In this document: positions 35,650-48,101 of the stretch, piece after piece
How positions within the stretch are numbered: the stretch's first letter is position 1
Layout: the number at the start of each line of letters is the position of its first letter
From: Haliotis rubra
Taxonomy: Eukaryota
DNA: 64,000 nucleotides
Direction: 5' to 3'
NCBI RefSeq assembly: GCF_003918875.1
Contig: NW_025765115.1
Location: forward strand, 434,001-498,000
Program-made: the position numbers and the translations under genes
Notes under the pieces: generated by a model
Told to the model about the DNA's origin: nothing
The model's database searches: none
The model's input: only the letters and a program-made list of their open reading frames with translations

Positions 35650-36370
35650 ATGAACAATGACAACATTTAGCCATATAGCTAAACCCAGTTTCATGCATGC
35701 CAAAGATTTGCCTTATGCTTTGGTTGTCAAGCTGGCATCTTGGTTTCTGAGTTGGAATATGTGTATTCAGCTGTTGCAAGCCACACTAGCAAATGTTGTG
35801 CTTTCTGACATTTATGAGCACCGATTTTGTAACGATGCATCCAAACACAGGTTTTCAANNNNNNNNNNNNNNNNNNNNNNNNNNNNNNNNNNNNNNNNNN
35901 NNNNNNNNNNNNNNNNNNNNNNNNNNNNNNNNNNNNNNNNNNNNNNNNNNNNNNNNNNNNNNNNNNNNNNNNNNNNNNNNNNNNNNNNNNNNNNNNNNNN
36001 NNNNNNNNNNNNNNNNNNNNNNTATATCTATTTGCACTATTTGCAACAAGTTTCCATTTGTAAATATAGGACTGCACTTGCTCAGCTGCGATATTTAAAA
36101 AAACCCAAACACCACGGATTGCGCCTAATTTGTAGCATTTTGTAATGTTTACAAACAGCTAAGAGGTAAACATGTGCCACAAAAAATACCATCTATTCCC
36201 GATATGGCATATTTTGTTAATGTCATCTAATAATGTATTAAAAATATATTCCTGCATATACTTCTAAAAGAATGCGCTTCCGTCTTTTTATGATTATGGA
36301 TATATTGTGAATGCTCTTTCTTAGTGTAACTTTGTAATACAGAATGAGCCTATGGCCTAAACTATGAAAG
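35650..36370 (+). mobile_element. Degenerate LINE 3' fragment spanning an assembly gap
   Basis: YLQQVSICKYRTALAQLR resembles the LINE ORF2 C-terminal motif also seen at 18200 and 46500. Confidence 0.5.
35859..36022. other. Assembly gap (N run)
   Basis: Run of n. Confidence 1.
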
Positions 36371-37554
36371 TGCGGAGATGTACACTGCTAGTGCTTTATT
36401 CCAGGGACGCGTTCTGTTGAAAAAATAAACACAAACAAATAGATGTGTGAAGTGGGAATCTAATGTCATACCGTGCACTTATTGAATACGTCTCTTTGAT
36501 CAAAACACCAGGAGTCGTGAGTGACAGACATCTGATACTACAAGTTTGACTCGTATACAAGAATATGATCAGCTGCTGAAATCATCCTGTCAATATAGGC
36601 GGACAAAGGGCAGCTGAAATCACTGTTTCTGTCAACCTAGATTTCATTGGAAAACAAACTTGCGTGTACAGAAGACCTGGATCTGCTCTCTGGTATTTAC
36701 TGGATTCATTTATTACTCCAGAGTATCGGGGATGACAACCACAACACGTTATAATAGAATAACAGATGATCTTCGAAGAAACTCACTTGTTTATGGAGGA
36801 CTGCATAATGGGATATTCTACCAAAGCAAACGTTTTTTATGTGTCAAATCGATTATATCTTAGTTTACAAATCACCTTGTTAGACCATGTTTTTTATGGG
36901 AACAAAAGTACCACTACATCGTGTTCACAGTTAAACAGCAATCAATATATTGCCAAGTGTGTACAGGCAGAAATAACCGGTTTCATTTGGATTGCTGCGG
37001 CGTTAACAAGTACCCTTCGAATACAGCTATTAGTTAGCATACAAGGTCCTATGCCAAATGTCCATTGTACGATGTCATCCAACATGGTCTTGTATTTTTA
37101 CCTGAAATATTCGCTGTTCTCCTTTATTAAGTCTTGATGTGTCCTTTTCAATGATAGGTGATCCAGTCATCTCTGGCTTTCTTGTCCGAAACGCTGACAT
37201 AACCTTATATAATTGGAATATTGTTTGAGGCAACATTAAGCTCATGAGCCCACGTCAGTTTTGTTAATTTGTCTGTATTTAAAGCCGCTCTCTGCAATAA
37301 TGCACATGATTGCGGTCTGAAAACATAAAAGAGTCTGGACCAGACAGTCTGATGATCGGTATCATGAGTGTATGTCGACACGCAGTCAACAATATCACAT
37401 AACCTGGTCACCATTTTGTCGCCTTGTGCCATAGGGAGTGACCCATACTTAGTGAAATACTGTATATAGGAAAGTGAAAGCAGGCCATATAGTCACAGAG
37501 CATTGCTATGCTCATGTACATTCTCATATATGTGTGTACATGTACAAGATACTG

Positions 37555-37713
37555 CGGCGGTGGGGTAGCCCAGTGGTTGAAGCGTTCGCTCGTCACGCCC
37601 AGGTTCGATTCCCCACATGGGTACAATGTGTGAAGCCCTTTTCTGGTGTCCCCCGCCGGGATATTGCTGGAATATTGCTAAAAGCGGCGTAAAACCATAT
37701 TCACTCACTCACT
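37555..37713 (+). mobile_element. tRNA-derived SINE family 1
   Basis: Same head and tail consensus. Confidence 0.85.
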
Positions 37714-39819
37714 CCATATAGCTGCTTCTTCTACCCCATACAGAAATAAGCAATGCCTGACGAATTTTACGAGTTTTTTACGAGGCGCATATGATGGATT
37801 TATCATGCTATTGATGCAAAGCCATGGTATGTTCAATAGTCAGACTATTATTGTTAATCTAACAGAATCATCATACAGTGCTATTTATTGAGAAAACATA
37901 GACGAATGACGTCAGGGAAATAAATAATTATCTTCATAGTTTTAGTCTAGCTTATTAACTATTGGGATCTGAAGCCCAGACCCCGAGACAACATGTTTTG
38001 ATCGAATAAGAGTTGGCCCCTCAAGCTTGCATCAAACAGACACTTCATTAGCGCGAAACATTTTTGGTTGAAAATGTCATTAATGCCAGTTAATGTTCTT
38101 GGCATAACCCTTATTGATAAAGTCTGATCTACGCGCTGACAATGACATCAGTTACTTTGGAAATACGGATAACTTGAATTATCAAGGAATCAGCATGAAA
38201 TGCCTTATTTATCTGAACATATATAATTGATATTTCACTCGAGTAATAGTCGAAACGTCCACGCCAGAGAGTACATATCTGGCGAAATAGAATCCAAGTG
38301 GACGTCTTAAGCTGGAGCTGATGGTATATCGTTAGGCGTGGAATTCAGTCGTTTTCTTTGTTACCTGGCAAGTTTACGTAATCCCGTGGCGTGATAAAAA
38401 ACCCTTTAATATCAATTTTGTCAGTTCACTCGGTACAACAAACATGTCCTGAGACACGAAGATTCAAATATCCTCCATAAATGGTCCACTCGTCAGTGGC
38501 GCAGAAGCTATCAAGCACAGGTGTTAACTTTATTGGTTAAACATTGTCAAAATCGATGGTGGCTTTGTTTTCAGCACTGTCCTGATTTTGCTGACGTGAG
38601 ATAAGCAATTACCTTATTACTGGCGTTTCAACACACGCCGAGAGTATGTGACGGACGGTCACTGAATGCCACTTCAGTATGTTGTCATGATCAGCAGAAT
38701 TAGATATCGACTCGACAGGAAACATCGTGTTGTTTTACAAGCGGCGTAACATGTCTTTTCACACATATGGTATCAACTAAACTTTCGTCTTAGAACTGAA
38801 AGAGTGTCATGTTACACTGAAATGTGTCATGAACGTTATCTCTCAAACATTCAAACATTGATTGCGTCTTTTATCATATGCCATATGTTCGACTGATATG
38901 AGAATTCCCCAATATTCAATCATCATATTCATTTTATTTTCTTGTTTTTTTCAGGTAATCGTTATAACAGAATCATCAGTAGCACGTCATATTTAACATT
39001 GATACCCGACAAATGTGAATTTGAGTGAAGTCTAAATATAATCTAAACTACATATGTGAACCGAGAAGTAACTATTTCTACTGGGGATGGTCATCAGTAT
39101 GCACTTGTCTGTAAATGTCAAACCATGATCATCTCAGATTACCATCACCGCAAAAGATTCTCCTCAAGCTAACGGTATTACACCTTTCTAAATTCTGAGG
39201 GGCAGTTCCCGAAGTAGGTCGGAAGGTGTAGGCGGTACAAATGACTGGGTTTGCGCTGGAATAGGCGTGATTCTTAGAAGCAGCTGACTCTTGAAGACGG
39301 TAATCTGCACGTGATCAGTGGCACCAATGGTCATACGCTTATCGCTGAGTCTAATCGAGGAACTTCTCCTGAGAAACTGTGATATCAGCAAGGGCTTTTC
39401 GACAAGTATTACCTTACTTCAAGGTATTTTCTACTCATGGGAGGATCGTTTTCATCACGGGAATCTTATGCACCTGCACGTTTAAGCCAGACATTTCTGT
39501 GAAAAGCCTTTGAGAGGATATTTGTGTGTGATGTCATAAGCGAGGCGGATATGAAATACTTATAAATGATAATTGCATGTTAATTGAAGCTGGTACCAAA
39601 CCAAGATATCAATAGCATCAAGTGTGAATATGTGAGGAGCACAACCCAGCTGGTGTTAACATGATGTCGCATGACGATAAACACAAATATCAAATGTTTT
39701 AGTTGCTAAAAGCATTCTGGATCGTCATAGCTTAAAGTGACAGCTGTTTTTCAACAATCCTTATTTTCTTGATGGATGGACAGATGTAATAAGTGCACAT
39801 GTGATATACCTCCAACATC

Positions 39820-39961
39820 ATGTCTAATACAGCATGGGGGAATGATACTTTGGGAGATGTGACAACAACTTTATCCCTTGGGAAGAATTTTCGGGTTCAA
39901 TCTCATGATGATGCAACTTGGATACTTAGCAGCGCTTTTGTGGTGTTTACAATGCAGTCAG
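39820..39961 (+). CDS. amt: Ammonium transporter paralogue C, first coding exon 1a
   Basis: Hand translation: MSNTAWGNDTLGDVTTTLSLGKNFRVQSHDDATWILSSAFVVFTMQS-G|GTAAAA; 142 nt, same length and phase as gene B exon 1. Confidence 0.88.
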
Positions 39962-40586
39962 GTAAAACCAATACCAAGTGCTTATCGATTTGAAGTCCTT
40001 AACACATTTCTCTATCAGTATATTCAGTCTTTCATTATTGTTGTGAAAACGCGCTACTCATTCCAGCTTGTTACAACGCCTTATCATGATTGTAGATGTG
40101 TAACCGTAGCAGTATATACATGGTTGTATATTCTACCTGTAGTTTAAAGAGTGTAATTTTTAATTATTCAAGAAAATGTGGTTATAAAACCCTTGTCAGA
40201 AGTGTTTAATTGGGGAAAACACTCTTCACTCTACCGGTTTCTGAATTAGGCTTAAAATAGAATTGATCTGTCAATTTCTTCATAATTTGGCATCGTTTGT
40301 TATCAAACTCCACATGTAGTTAGTCAAATTGGTCCTAATTGTATATATATATACCCTTAGTATTATTTTCGCTTTATCAACATATTGGACTCCATATAGA
40401 TTGTTAATTAATGACAAGACACAATTATTGTCATACGTATTGATACAATATGAAAGATGCTTCTCTTCACTAATGACCAAGTACTTTCATTAGTGTTGCA
40501 TTGCATCTGAAATCCGATTAACCCACCATTAGTTATTGACCACAGCATATACAATCAAATGTGTAAATTACACGAAACCAAGGAGG

Positions 40587-40934
40587 TGAGATGAAATTGG
40601 GTTTAACGTCTTGCTTGAGAATATTTCGCTCATATGACGACGTGCATGCGTGTGTATGTGTATGTGCGGCTGCTTGTACTAGCCCAGACTTAAGCTGGTT
40701 TTATAGTGCTAGCCCACTGAGATACCATGCCGCAGTGAAGCATGAATACCCCTCTCAGACACATTATACTGACTCCAAGCCGACCAGCCCTTGTTGTACC
40801 CATTAATGCCGAGCGCCAGGCAGGGACCAACAAGTACCATATTTTAACGTCTTTTGTATGACGCGGTCGGGGATCGAACCCGCGATCTTCCGCTCTCCGG
40901 GCGGACGCTCTAACCACTACACCACGGAGGCGGT
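40587..40934 (-). mobile_element. tRNA-derived SINE family 3 (central region resembles V-domain SINEs), full length
   Basis: Head gtggtgtagtggttagagcg...gggttcgatcccc on minus; perfect 16-bp TSD cacgaaaccaaggagg (40571-40586 and 40935-40950); diverged relative at about 9590-9850. Confidence 0.88.
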
Positions 40935-41145
40935 CACGAAACCAAGGAGGTTTCTTAGGTTATAATATTAATTATATAAAGAATAAGTACGAGTGTCAAG
41001 ATTAATAGCAATCGAAAATGCAATATTGTGTATGCTTACCGCGTGTCTAACCCTACTCAATGATCGTGAAAGATAACGTTACGTTTTCAGATTGACTTAA
41101 GCTCTTAAATTTTAAGAGCTATCGCTTGGTGTATGTTCCTGATCA

Positions 41146-41269
41146 ATGGATAGCTCCGCTACTACGCAGATAGGTCTCTCGAGGGGCGAGCCTTCTCATG
41201 GTGAAGACCCTTCATCAGATAGTATATGGATACTTTCAAGCACATTTGTCATCTTCGCGATGCAGTCAG
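41146..41269 (+). CDS. amt: Ammonium transporter paralogue C, candidate alternative first coding exon 1b
   Basis: Hand translation: MDSSATTQIGLSRGEPSHGEDPSSDSIWILSSTFVIFAMQS-G|GTCGGT; open from ATG to a phase-1 donor at the homologous position. Confidence 0.75.
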
Positions 41270-41309
41270 GTCGGTCGTTTCTTTTGGAAGGAGTTTCAGT
41301 GTAGATTAT

Positions 41310-41628
41310 TGGGAACTGCCCATTATCTGGTGACTTATAAATGACCGAATTATTATTATTGAATAAGGAGATACACATTTGCGTTTTGATATTACGTACC
41401 CGCAATGTTCCACTTGAACTTGTGGTCATTTATGTTGTGGGGAAGTTGCAGTTTAAGCTTATATCTGGGAACTGCACGTTATCTGTCGACTTATAAATGT
41501 AATTATTGAAAATTAAGGAAATACACATTTATGTGTTTTCATCATTTGCGCGTTTGCGTATACCATACCCGCAATGTTCCACTTGAATTTGTGATTAGGT
41601 GCGTTGTGAAGAAGTTGCAGTTTAAGCT
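41310..41628. repeat. About 157-bp tandem duplication
   Basis: tgggaactgc..ttatctg..gacttataaatg and tacccgcaatgttccacttgaa...gaagttgcagtttaagctt each occur twice. Confidence 0.8.
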
Positions 41629-42052
41629 TCAATCTCACTTCTCGAGTGCATTTGTATTAGTTCATAAGTCTTAAGCGACGAAAGTGATGTGTTGTTAGTG
41701 TTGGTACCTTAATGATCTGGCATCGTAAAGACAGGAAACCTGACCTATACGCAGTGGAAAATAGCCACCGATTGACGGACTAGTTATAAACGACTGAAAA
41801 GAAAGTTATGTTGATGGTAACGAGTAATTCTAGCAAGTGAAGACTGTAGCGATATCATAAATGTCGCTTCCCGCGTGTCATGGAATCAGATTAAAGAGTA
41901 TTTTGCGTGCAGAGAGGTATACATTGCAATAAATGAGTCTAAAATGTTTTATATCTGTAATCAATAAACAGAGACAGTAGTTATGATATGGCAAGACACT
42001 CAGTAGTACATTAGTCAGAATGAATACTTCTTGTAGCAATGACTCTTCGTTG

Positions 42053-42093
<41 letters not shown>
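42053..42093. repeat. (GAT)n microsatellite
   Basis: Pure gat run. Confidence 0.95.
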
Positions 42094-42094
<1 letters not shown>

Positions 42095-43059
42095 CGATTT
42101 ATTTATGTAAATGTTTGATACAAAGGACGAAGTATGTTGAGTAATATTGTTAAATAAAGAATGTTGTATTAGCAATCGGGTTACATTGTTTTGACACACC
42201 AAGTTAACTGAAGGCAAATAAGGACAGATATGAATTTTGACATTTATAGTGTTTGCGATAGATTTGGGATGTTCTTGCCATGGTAGGTATCAAATAATGC
42301 AGGCACGAAAGCATTATAATGTAAAAGCAATATCAATGTAATATCGTTGCAGCATGAAAGGCGCAACTTCTTTGAATGTAGATGGTGATAAAGACATCCA
42401 CAACTATTATTCTGTTATGTTCTCCACAGGTTGTAATGCATCGATTCTTGAATATTTTATGTGTAACATAAATCTCCGAGGCTGGAATTTTCCGAATGTA
42501 TGCTCATAAATTCTTCTGCACTTCATAAAAAGGCAATACAACGTATAGAAAACATGTACTTTCATCAAAATTCAGAAATAGCAAACTTATGATTCTTTAT
42601 TGATTGGTGTGGTAAGATTCTTTCGGGAAATGGACTAATGGCAGTGCAGATGATAATTCGGATGCAAGTAATCTGAGCCGCATCATCTTAACAAATTCAA
42701 TATAGTTTGGTTCATGATCGCGTGTCTCACTGAAGAAATATAGTTACTGTCACTGGTAAGTCAATAATGAAATGCTAAATTTACATGATTTTGTATGAAA
42801 CTGTCTACTAGAAGAGGAAAATGTGTCTCGGCTGGTTGTATTTTTTATCTGAGCAACATATAAAAGTCTTGCCAATCACAATGCACAAATATATACTTAC
42901 GATTCTATGTGAACCTTCATGCTTCCAGTTCGTTGATTTCATGCCAATTTAGCAATATTCAAGCAAATTGCGGAGAGAAAAGGCGCGATTTACAAAATTA
43001 ATCTGAAGTGGAAATGTGAACTAATTTATAAGCTACCCAACAACGTTATACTTACAATC

Positions 43060-43229
43060 GGGGCGGTGGGGTAGCCTAATGGTTAAAGCGTTGGCTTGTC
43101 ACGCCGAAGACCCGGGTTCGAATCCCAACATGGGCACAATGTGTGAAGCCCATTTCTTGTGTCCCCCGCCGTGATGTTGCTGGAATATTGCTAAAAGCGG
43201 CGTAAAACCAAAATCAGTCAGTCAGTCAG
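43060..43229 (+). mobile_element. tRNA-derived SINE family 1
   Basis: Full head and tail; 13-bp TSD tatacttacaatc. Confidence 0.9.
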
Positions 43230-45669
43230 TATACTTACAATCATTTCGAGTTCCCCGGGTTCTGGTTTACGGTAAACAGAAAGACTGTCAAATCAATTTC
43301 ATATGCCATTATCTACTTTACTGTTGCACATTCAATATCCCAACTGGAAGTAAAACTAATGTAGAAAGTTTTACATTACAGTGGATGACCAGTGACATGT
43401 TCACGGAGTGACTGAAATCATGTAGCAGTTGTAATCGATAACCATTTATTCCAGAAATTTGGTATCTGTCATCTGTCTCTAGATGTAGTAGAGGAACTGT
43501 TCTGATGCATGGGAAACAAATACTAAATAAATAGAAAACCTTGGGAGGGCCATTCTGTTAGGCATTGCGGCTACCAACACATCACTGGCACAGATTGGTA
43601 TTCTGTCTGTGAAAAACACAGGCACAAATACCGTCACTAATCATGATGACAACGTAAACATATACCACCTGTGAGTGACTGATTTCAAGATCTCACATAT
43701 CACTGGGTATAATGTCATTCCCCAGCTTGTATAATGTACATCTCCGAGTTGTCGTGCAATCGAATCTCTTCCTACGTCCACGGGTCTTGTCCCTTTCCAG
43801 TCTTTGTCAAATTTCATTCGTAATGTTCTCTAACCTGAACTGTGTTATTTGAGTATGTGTAACTGCTTATAGTCTATGGCTATTCATGGTATTGTCAATA
43901 TTGTAAAACGACCGCCGCCATATACCTGGAAAATTGCTGAGTGCGGCGTAAAACTAAACTCATTCACTCACTCAATATTGTAAAACAAACATTACTTAAT
44001 ATGAAACAAACCGTTTCTGCATTGATATTTCTACATTGATGTTGGACAAGCATTGATGTTTAACCCGCTACAAGTATTGGATTTCATTCAGGCGCTCGGA
44101 GCAAACCTAACCAGTGGAAAATTGGTATACGAGTTCCAAAACTAAAATTACAATGTATACGATTGTATACAATCACAAAATGTCCATATGCTGATATAGA
44201 AACAGAACCTCTGGGTAGTGAATTCTCTCTGGTTCACTGTGGTTCAGGTTTATTGAACAAGCTCTTAGTATGCTTGTCTTCCAGTGTACCTTCTTGTAAA
44301 TGGGCATTATGATTGCTATGGACTAAGTATGGTGGTTAGTTAATGTTATCGTTTATATTATAGACAATACGATCTCACAACGATTGTCATGTTATGGCAT
44401 CCAATGATATATACAGTAAATACCACAACAGAAAAGGTACATATTGGTTATCGCATATACATCTTCACGAAATGCAGTGCACAATGAATTTGGATGTGGG
44501 AACTTAATGATTATTTGCCTTGTGCAACCAATGATTGTCGACGGAGGCGATAATCGGGATCTAGTTGTCAGGCTCGCTGGTTTGGTTTTAAACCTTTATA
44601 CAACAAACTAGCCAAACAACATTATGTTTGCATTGCGTGTGATAATGGTGTAGACAAATACACATGAACACAAGGTGGTACAGTATGGTCGCAATTCAAT
44701 GTTCAAGCTGCATTTTGTTTTATGGAAGTCGTATTTATGTTTAATAAAATGCAATTCTAGCATTAATGCTTACCGAGTAATTCTCATTTCTGAAGGGTAA
44801 ATTGTGTGAAGCCTGTTTCTGGTGTCCCACGCTGTTATATTGCTGGAACAGTGATAAAAGCGGCGTTAAACCGTACTCACTCATTTCTGAACCCATTGTA
44901 GGTTATTCAGTTCATCGCTTGAACCTTACCAGTTAAATAATTCCACAGTGTAGGCTAAATATCTTTTACTCTCATAAACTTTAAGCTGAAACGATGTTAT
45001 CTGGTAATATGGTAAAGTTATAGCCTAGTGTTTTCTGTTATGGTTATAGAGAATGTTACATCTCGATTCACAGACAAAATGAAAACAGTTTTGTGTCAGT
45101 AGTCCACAACTTTGGAAATATGATTCAACATGAATTTCATTATCTCCTTCAAAACGGAAACAACCATTGACATAATATATAATTACCTGATTGTAAAGTG
45201 ATACGAGAGCCCGGCCGTAGCACATGGCGGATAATGCCAATACTGCAAGACAGTAACGCTTGTGTACGCATTGTGTTATCATTGTAACGGTACAATCAAT
45301 TCGGGGGTGCAGTCGATTTTCCAGTTTTTGTTTGTTATTTCAATGTGCCAGGGATAAGAGACGCTTGGCATTGTCAACCAAATTCACGTGCTGAACAGAG
45401 GATAATACCAGAGCACCAGAGGTGCAACATACATGACCGTTACATAAAGCAGGACACAGGGGCAATAACCGATTTCGCGATTACCACAAGAGTGGAAAAC
45501 AATCTCTCGGTGTGACGAAACGTCGTGCAACCGAGGCATGGTGACCAGCTTAAGGTGATTTCCTGGACCAGTTGATGTTCCCGGTGCACTGTTCACGCTG
45601 ACACACATATAAAGTGGCATAAATGCTTTTCCTCCTTCTTCGTCACATTGAAATTGAAATATACTTCTA

Positions 45670-47054
45670 GAGGGACTCGGTCAGTGGTGCCAAGTAAACA
45701 AGATGTCTGTCAACCCAGAGAAGACAAAGGTCATACATTTTAGAAGCCAAGCAGTAGAAAGAACATGTGATATTTCAGTGTGGAGACAAGACCCTAGAGA
45801 TAGTAGAAAGCAACCATTACCTCGGCCTGCTCTTGACAGAGCATATGAACAACACCCGGATGAGAAATGCGGTGGCAGGCGCAGCCAGCAGGGCACTAGG
45901 ACTCCTCATATCCAAGTTGAAAATCCTTGGAGGCATGCAGCACAGGACTTTTACAAAGCTTTACGATTCCATGGTATGGGCTACTATAGACTACGGTGCT
46001 GCAATATGGGGAACGTATCATACCCCAGCCATAAATGCTGTTCCCAACCGAGCTATGAGGTACTTTATGGGCGTGAGGAAGTATACGCCGAACATTGCTT
46101 TAGCCGGTGATATGGGGTGGGTGCCACCGGTTGTCCGGCAATGGAAGAATGTTGCTCGATTTTACAAGCGATCATACGATCAGAACCCGAACAGAATATT
46201 TTTTAATGTGTTCAAGTGGGCCCATTCTAAGGCTGTGTCTAGTAAGCGGAATTGGCATCAACGTGTACACAGGAAATTTAGATCTTTAGATCTTGAACAT
46301 TTTATCCCTATTGGAAATTCATTTTACATATTACGCTTTTTAATATCAGAGGTTGAACATGTGATGCAAAACTATTTACGTGAGTGGAGTGTTGCAGTCA
46401 GTCAGGAGAATAGTAAGCGGGGAGATGGGAAGAACCAGTTGAAACTGTATCGTAACTTTAAACAGTCGTATGGAGTTGAACCGCATCTGCAGAGTAGCCT
46501 CCTTTGGTCGTATCGCCGAGAGCTAGCCATGTTGTGCTGTGGTGTCGCCCCGCTACGTGTTCAGATGGGCCGATACACCAACATGCCCCTGAACCAACGT
46601 GTGTGTTTTAATTGTAATGAGTGCGTTGAGGATGAATGTCATGTTTTATTCCAATGTCCACTTTATTTTGATGTTACAAACAGTCTTTTGGTCAAATATG
46701 AAGAAATATGTTATGATTTTAAATGTTTGAGTGATAATGACAAGTTTAGTTTTATCATGTCCGAGGCCGAGATGTTCTTCTTAGCAACCAAAACCTGCAA
46801 ACTTTTATTGGGAAAACGGGAAAGTATTTTATATCATGATGGGTAGTATTTCTTTTAGAATGTGTATTGTGTATTTAACAATTATTGCTTTATAATTCCC
46901 AGGTATTAATTAAACAATAGTTTACATTGTACATATAGTCTCTCGTAACCCTCAATGGGTGGCTCGTAAAGGATAGTTTGTTTTAATGACTTGTCAATTG
47001 TTTTATTTTGTAAATACGAGGTGAGACTTTAATAAAATATCTGTCTGTCTGTCT
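45670..47054 (+). mobile_element. 5'-truncated LINE (RT thumb + C-terminal Cys/His motif + 3' UTR with (TCTG)n tail)
   Basis: WCQVNKMSVNPEKTKVIHFR / YLGLLL...LCCGVAPLRVQMGRY...RVCFNCNECVEDECHVLFQCPLY; AATAAA near 47032, then tctgtctgtctgtct. Confidence 0.9.
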
Positions 47055-47077
47055 TGAAAGAAATCATACACCTTGTT
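46874..47077 (+). repeat. 204-bp direct repeat, copy 1
   Basis: Matches 52270-52473 with one visible mismatch (cataca/cacaca). Confidence 0.92.
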
Positions 47078-47093
47078 AAACGATAGCCAGAGT

Positions 47094-48101
47094 ATGAATT
47101 TACCAAAACAGACATTTATTGAACAGTTACTTGGCTGTGTGAAATGTGATTTACATGAACTTGAAATGTGTCGATTTGAATTGCACACAAACGCAAGACA
47201 AAAAACTGATTTACCTTATCAAAATGATAGTTTGAAAAAGCGGCTACATCCGAGAAGGAAAAACGGGGAATCATTAGAAATAAAATTAGCCAAAGATTGT
47301 TTCTATCTTTGACGGGCATGTAATGGAGAAGAGATAGCAGAGCTTAGAACCCCCGATGATGAGAATGCAGGTATCAATGTCGTTGGACAGACGTCAACAG
47401 ATATTGAATGTGAAAAAGTCAGTAGTACCATTAATCCAGACTTGACACCTCGCATATCCATTGAAAGCCAATCGTGTGATATATGCGACCATTCTGGCAA
47501 TGGCGTCACTAGATCTGAGAAACAGGGCAGTAAGAAACATGTTATTGGCAGTATGGTGGATAGGTTAATCCAGTGTTCACAGTTATCATTCTTTCCGGAG
47601 CAGAATGATTCACAGACACATATGGATGATGTAATGGATTACGTGGAGAAAAGCGACACCTTCCAAAGCGTTAATGGAGAACAAAAAAACGTGTCCACAT
47701 GTCGTCGTACCCAGCTAAACAAATCATATGATATTCAGGTAACCTGTAACGCAGACGAAGAGAATACCAGGCAAGTGAAATCTGTGAAAAGGAAAGGAAT
47801 TGAGAGATTCAGAGGAGTAGTGAGTGGAAACCGGGTAGCTAGGTTCTTCATTGGAGGAATAGACAAACGGTGTACTGAAAGCGCAATGAGGGACTTTCTT
47901 CAGGATAAAGGTGTCCGGGTTACACATCTCCGCTTTAATTGTAACCCTAACAAGAGATCAGCTTGGGCTCAGTTGAATGTTGACTCTCTCGATAAGGTGA
48001 GAGTTGAGGATCCAAACTTCTGGCCAGACCATATTACTGTGAAGAAATGGATTCCTTGGAGTCAGTACCAAAGGAAAATGCAAGATAAATGGATGTACTA
48101 A
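47094..48101 (+). pseudogene. LINE ORF1 (one in-frame TGA at 47310-47312); C-terminal RRM-like domain
   Basis: ORFs 47073-47312 and 47442-48101 share a frame; FFIGGID...LNV...FWPDHITVKKW motif typical of LINE ORF1; its end overlaps the ORF2 start. Confidence 0.75.

Noticed and set aside
35657-36145. X-containing ORFs (also 62845-63140)
   Set aside because: Artefacts of N gaps.
38240-38335. Hammerhead-like GAAA-cgtccac...gtggacg-TC hairpin followed by ctgatgg
   Set aside because: The core CUGANGA is imperfect and stems I and II cannot be formed convincingly.
43060-43135. tRNA-like sequences (also at 11542, 20300, 29110, 37555, 40870, 60580)
   Set aside because: They are SINE heads with body, tail and TSDs, not tRNA genes.
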